A DNA stretch of 55,202 nt, filler included, from Jimgerdemannia flammicorona (Eukaryota), in the NCBI GenBank assembly GCA_003990765.1. It is 3 parts of 3 records of this genome, joined end to end, with 100 filler letters (N's around TTAATTAATTAA, not from the genome) between each part and the next. Parts side by side here need not be neighbours in the genome. Positions count along the whole stretch, not along the records: positions 36,871 to 55,202 come from RBNJ01002235.1; 2 more parts are not named here. One strand, written 5' to 3'. A program made the position numbers and the translations under genes. The notes beneath the pieces were generated by a model. It was not told the origin of the DNA. It saw only the letters and a program-made list of their open reading frames with translations, and did no database searches. Shown here one piece after another: positions 50,342-55,202 of the stretch; positions within the stretch are counted from its first letter, which is position 1, and every line of letters begins with the position of its first letter.

Positions 50342-51341
50342 CTATCTCCCAGCCGGGTACCCCATCTCACATCCGCATGACAACAAGGACAGCACCTGCT
50401 CGACCTTCAACCTAACCTCCATGAACTCGACACCGACCATGGGCCTCACTCCAGCCGCTGACCCGTCACCCACTTCCGCTCTCCCCGCGTCACGGTCAAC
50501 GTGCCACGCTGCGCCGGCGCCGACGCCGACAACGCGCATACGGTACACGACCACAACGTCGCGCCACCTGAGCTCCCGGGTCGCGCCGAGCTGACCGGCA
50601 ACTTCCTCGGACTTTGGAAACTCTGATGTGCGGCGGAACCGGCGACGGGCGGGTGAGAGGAGGATATCGATGTAACAGAAGACCTTTTGAGATCGGGTGT
50701 GGGTAGGGGTCATAGAGATGGAGGTCGAGTCGTGGTAGGGATAAAGAACCAAGGTTTGGTAGGGGCTCGTAGTGGCAGCGCAGTCATCGTCGTCGCGGTC
50801 GTTGAGAATTAGCTTGAACATACTAAGCTCATGCAGGATGGTTGCGGAAGGGGGCTGGACAATGGTGGTGGAAGAGGAGGAGGAAGAAGAAGAGGGGGAA
50901 GCGCAGTCGAAGTGGACGAGGCCGGTAGTGAAGTCGATGTGGGTGTAGTGCGTGGTGATGCCAATGTAGTGGGTGGTTTCAGTACCTGACAACGCCAGAA
51001 TCTGAGGTGTTGTGAATGATATTAATGCCGAGGGTCTCTTTGTTTTGATCTTCAGGTTGGTTTAGGCTTTGCTCAAAATATACCTGGGGCCAAGTAAATA
51101 ATACTCATGACATGCTATAAAGTGGAATGTATAAATGCGGCAATACCTCTAGCCTTGCTTCACCGTACCGTCCAAAAGACGCGGCGGCCATCTTGAGGAT
51201 CTCTGCGTCGACGATGTCACGCCATGTACGGCAGACGTGACGAGCGGACCAGAAGAAGTCGGCGGATACGAAGTGTAGTGTTGTATGAAGGATAATGCAG
51301 ACAAGCTCGTGAGGGATGATGTCGAAGGGAGCTGCTGCCAT
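50342..51341 (-). CDS. F-box-like protein, one intron (~51146-51002)
   Basis: IPHELVCIILH..ARHVCRTWRDIV; GAG|GT donor and CAG acceptor join in frame to ORF 50342-50992. Confidence 0.65.
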
Positions 51342-51534
51342 TTCGAAGGGGTTGGGTTGGGAGGAGTACTGCCAAGCCACCGGATGCACATGTGAAAGCG
51401 TGAGGAATGAGTCAACGTTGAGTCCGTTAAAAAAAAAAAAGGAATGAGTCAACGTCCTTTTACCACATAATTATTCTTGAAAAACACAATCCAGATGCAA
51501 AACCTCTCCTCTCTTCACCGCAACCGCCACCTCA

Positions 51535-52313
51535 ATGCCAAAGTCGCCCTCCACTCGCACCGAAACCGCCTTCATCCTCACCCTCCTCATCTACGACCTC
51601 CTCTGGACCCAACACTTCCTCCGCCACCAGCTGACGTCAGCTGACGTCACCCTCCACCAACACCTACTTGCCCCTCGTGGGCAACGACCAATCTCTGGAT
51701 CCACATTCTACCCTCCATCTTCCCGCTGCTCCTCGGGGGGCCACAGATCTCCTCCGCCTTCCGACGCCACTTCGGATATGCTGTCCATAGGTGGCTCGGA
51801 CGCACCTACCTGGTCTCGCTGGCCGTGGCTGTCGTGCCCACCTTCTGGATGGCATTCGATGCGGATGCCTCGGTTTGGATACGCACGTCCTTCTTAATCC
51901 TGGCTATTGCGTGGGCGGGTAGCGCGGCGGCCGCGTGGTGGTTCGTGGCGGTAAGGAGGGATGTAGCTCAACATAAGCAGTGGGCCGCGAGAAATTGGGC
52001 GTGCGTATAATTATATTTATTTCAAAAAAAAAAATCCAACCCCAATTTTCTGTTCTCGACAATATAATATTATTATTTATTCGTTACTACCCAAACACGC
52101 CTCCCTTTCAGATACACACATGTCATTCCTCTCGTGGGCCGGCTCTTTGGCACTGTTGCGTACCGGCTCATGCGGCTCGGCCTCGAAATCGGCGGCTGGG
52201 CATCGGTGATGTTTACACCCTTGTTGGGCGAGTGGGGCGCATGGTCGGTGTGTGACGAGCCCAAGCGGGAGTATCGCGTGGCCGGAATATGGGAGTACAA
52301 AAAGAGAAGTTAG
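51535..52313 (+). pseudogene. DUF2306-like membrane protein, apparently frameshifted near 51630-51690; intron 52001-52111
   Basis: LWIHILPS..GGPQISSAFRR..VHRWLGRTYL..HKQWAARNWA/YTH is in a different frame from the ATG-51535 first TM segment; its own frame has TGA at ~51642. Confidence 0.55.
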
Positions 52314-52541
52314 AGAAACTATACTTATCATAAATATTAGGCGTCAGTCATACACTCCCTCAACAATCTGTCAATATTTGATTCCATAAATAATATCAGC
52401 TGGCCAAACTCTAACGGCCAGAAAAAGGGGCTGCTACCAGTGGCGCCAGGTGGCGCTCTGCGTAATAACACGTGATCAGCTATTACGTATATAAAGGGCA
52501 ATCGCGCGACTCACCCTCCAAAACCCGATCTCGCCGCAGCA

Positions 52542-54301
52542 ATGACTACGACCGCGACGACCGTGAACCCGAATATGCCACAAACAGACGAGATCGATGC
52601 CCTGGAATCGAACCCACCCGCCGCCCTGTCGCCCCTAGACCCACTGACTCCCGTGACCAAGCCGCTGCTCGACGCCCAGCTGGCTGCCTCGGGCTACTCT
52701 TCGCGAAATCCTGCGCCGACGCCAACGCGGCTAGACGTGTACGATTTTGACGGCACCTCGTTCTTGTCTCCGTTCCCAAATCCTAAGTTGTGGGACCCGA
52801 TGCTGGTCGCCGCGTTGATGGTCGAGGGAGTCTTTGGACGAGGGTGGTGGCTCGATCTCGCTAGCTTGGATGTCGGCGATAGAAAAAAGTTGAGGGAAAC
52901 GGGGTGGGAGGGGTGGTGGAAGAAGGAGACTGTGAGTATTGCGTGGCCTACGAGCTCAAAGTATTAGACTAATAGCTATTAGTGGCAAGGTGTTCGGCTC
53001 CCTTATTGCCTCATTCCTCACCGAATAACAGCCCGCTCCCTCCAACCACCACACCCTAGGTCGCCTGCATTCGCAAATCCATGAGCGATCCCAACACAAT
53101 GACCGTCCTCCTCACAGGCCGGCGCTACCACCCCTTCCACGAGTTGATCCCCGAGATCCTGGCCTCGAAAGGCCTTGACTTCGACCTAATAGGTCTGCGC
53201 CCTGACCCGGTGACGCCTGGTGGTGTGGACGTGTTCCAGACGTCGCTGGAATTCAAGTTATCGTTCCTCACAAACCTCCTCCGCAGCTTCCCCACGCTGC
53301 GCGAGGTGCATATGTGGGAGGACCGCACGCGGCACGCGAAGAAGTTCGACGAGTTCCTGCGCGCATGGGGGCAGAAGGACGGGCTGCAGGTGAAGGTGAA
53401 TGTTGTGATGGAAGCGACGAAAAGGATGGACGAAGAATGGGAGAAGCAAGTAATCCACGGGATTTTGGACAAACATAACGCTAGGGTAGAGGCGATGGAG
53501 GAGGAACGGAAGAGGACGGAGGAGGCGCAGACGAACCCCGTGGATGTCGTGGATGAGCAGACGGTGAAGGAGCAGGGTTTCTCGTTTGAAAGGCTCGCGC
53601 ACTCTAAAATAGTGCTCGAACTCATCCCGCAGTTTACTGTCGTACGACTAGACCCCAAGGGAGTCCAAACCCTGCTTGAGACCACGCTGCCCCGCTGCAT
53701 TCCTCCCCTAAGCACGGATGCGATGAAAACCGGTCCGTGGAGGTGCGGCCACGCAGGGGACGTCATCGTATGCGCGGGTGAACCGACCGAGGACGAGATG
53801 CGCATGCTCGGCGGCATCGGCGCCACCGTGCGCGTGCGTGTCGTCGGCATTGGACAGTCGATGGGACGGGTCTGGGCTGCCAAGGTTGAGGGGTTGGAGC
53901 CCGAGCCGGGGAGCCGCATGACGGGACGGCTGGTGTCTCGACACCCCCATCCGCATGTCGTATTAGCGTATAATCCAGGGTTGGGCGGGAAACGGCCCCA
54001 TGGGGGTCATGTGACGGACTGGATCGAGTTGACGGGTGGGGATGAGTTACGGTTGAGCGGGACGGTAGTCGTGCATAGAGCGATGGGTTTCGTGTCGACT
54101 CGGAAGGCCGCGCAGCCTAGGAAGAGGGAGGTTAGCATCGGAAAGTTGGTTATGCTGTGTTATCCTGAGTTCAAGGGGCCCGCGATTGGGAAGGCGTGCG
54201 CGGAAGTACTAAGGGAGATGGAAAGGGTCGGCGTCAAGGATGAGATTGGGAATGAGAAGGCAATAGAGGCCATTGTGAGGAGGATTAGGTTGGAGGAGTG
54301 A
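52542..54301 (+). CDS. HAD-superfamily Swiss-Army-Knife RNA-repair-like phosphatase with a C-terminal 2H-phosphoesterase-like region; intron 52932-53059
   Basis: VYDFDGT..SPFPNPKLW, VLLTGRRYHPF, FDLIGL, WEDR.RH; C-terminal H..HVVLAY. Confidence 0.8.
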
Positions 54302-55202
54302 AGGTGGGTTTCAATACAGGGGTTTCATTTTCTTTTTTATTGATGACTTTCAGTAACGTCTATGATATTTTCTTTATGAGCAAAGCGTCTTTTTTCCTGG
54401 CATGATTGGCATCCATTTGTACACGCGTTTAGAATCATTGTCATGTGAGCAAGAAGCTTGCAGTCGGACGTAGTGGAGGCTCCAAATGTGATTTTGTTTT
54501 GTTATGACCACCTCTCGGATTTTATCTTTTTCATCTTGTGTCCTCTCTATGATGATTGATCCGTCACATAGACGACACACTCGGGGTCGGGGTGCTGTGA
54601 ACAGCAGTTCCCAGTGCTGGCGAATCACCGCGACAAAATCTCCCCATTCACTGGTCATGTCATTCACGTAATTTTGACAGGCGAAGCGAACTGTGGGCGT
54701 CGTCCACAAGGTCCTTTGTCAAACCCTGACTGACGCCATCGATGGGGTGGAGGGGGAGGACGTAGACGACGGGCAGAAAAGGCCCTTCCTTACTCAGGAG
54801 GCGAGGCCCTTGCCGTTTTGCAAGGGGATATGCGGGAACAAGGGAATTCAAGTGTTGTCATACCAAGTCAATCAAATAAAAATGTGGCGAATCCGCTTTT
54901 GTTTGCATACCGCTTTGAGACGTGGGTATTGTGCAGGGTGTGGAGGATGTGGGCATATAGGCAGGTCAGCACGAGGTCGTTTGTTCGTTCGGTTGGATCT
55001 CGTGTCGCCTGGTCCGATTGTGGCACGACTACGGCCCCGCGATCATGGGGCACTGAGGAGAAAGTCACGTCTGAAATCAAACCTTTCAACCCTTTGCCAC
55101 ACTCCTCCCCTCCTCCCTCCCCTACATCTGCGACATTCCTCGCATGGGTAGACACTGAACCACCCCAACAAGACCCGACCTCCCTCCCCTTCCCCCCCCC
55201 CC

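Noticed and set aside
53125..53919. Long antisense ORFs over GC-rich genes (also 13760-14221, 48706-49332)
   Set aside because: Expected shadow ORFs from GC3 codon bias
54374..55155. Minus-strand gene at the window end
   Set aside because: The ORF fragments cannot be spliced into one frame and show no recognisable motif

Overview
Intron-rich fungal genomic DNA, probably from an early-diverging Mucoromycota-type fungus (inferred from gene content). Three contigs are joined by artificial N44-TTAATTAATTAA-N44 linkers at 18337-18436 and 36771-36870, so adjacency across these points is not biological. Contig 1 (1-18336) is gene-dense: a convergent pair of paralogous 4-TM proteins, carboxypeptidase Y, HAP2/NF-YA, an intronless two-cupredoxin-domain ceruloplasmin-like protein that lacks its domain-1 copper histidines, an ankyrin-repeat/chitin synthase fusion, and the 5' part of SKI8/WDR61. 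Contig 2 (18437-36770) is a repeat block: a decayed Crinkler-like restriction-endonuclease-fold gene, an AT-rich CpG-poor relic, two head-to-tail L1/Tx1-type LINEs, and a TG-initiated LTR-like insertion carrying an intact 365-aa orphan ORF between two AP-1+TATA promoter modules. Contig 3 (36871-55202) has a second REase-fold gene with a repeated acidic micro-exon array, two F-box proteins, COX17, a Stealth/Xpt1-like phosphotransferase, an intronless Ubl-Ubl-Cys-rich-RING-H2 protein, a frameshifted DUF2306-like gene and a HAD_SAK/2H RNA-repair-like protein. Best candidates for new biology: the ankyrin-chitin synthase fusion, the half-ligand ceruloplasmin-like protein, the Ubl-X-RING protein and the ORF-bearing LTR-like element. 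All family calls come from motif recognition by eye; no searches were run.
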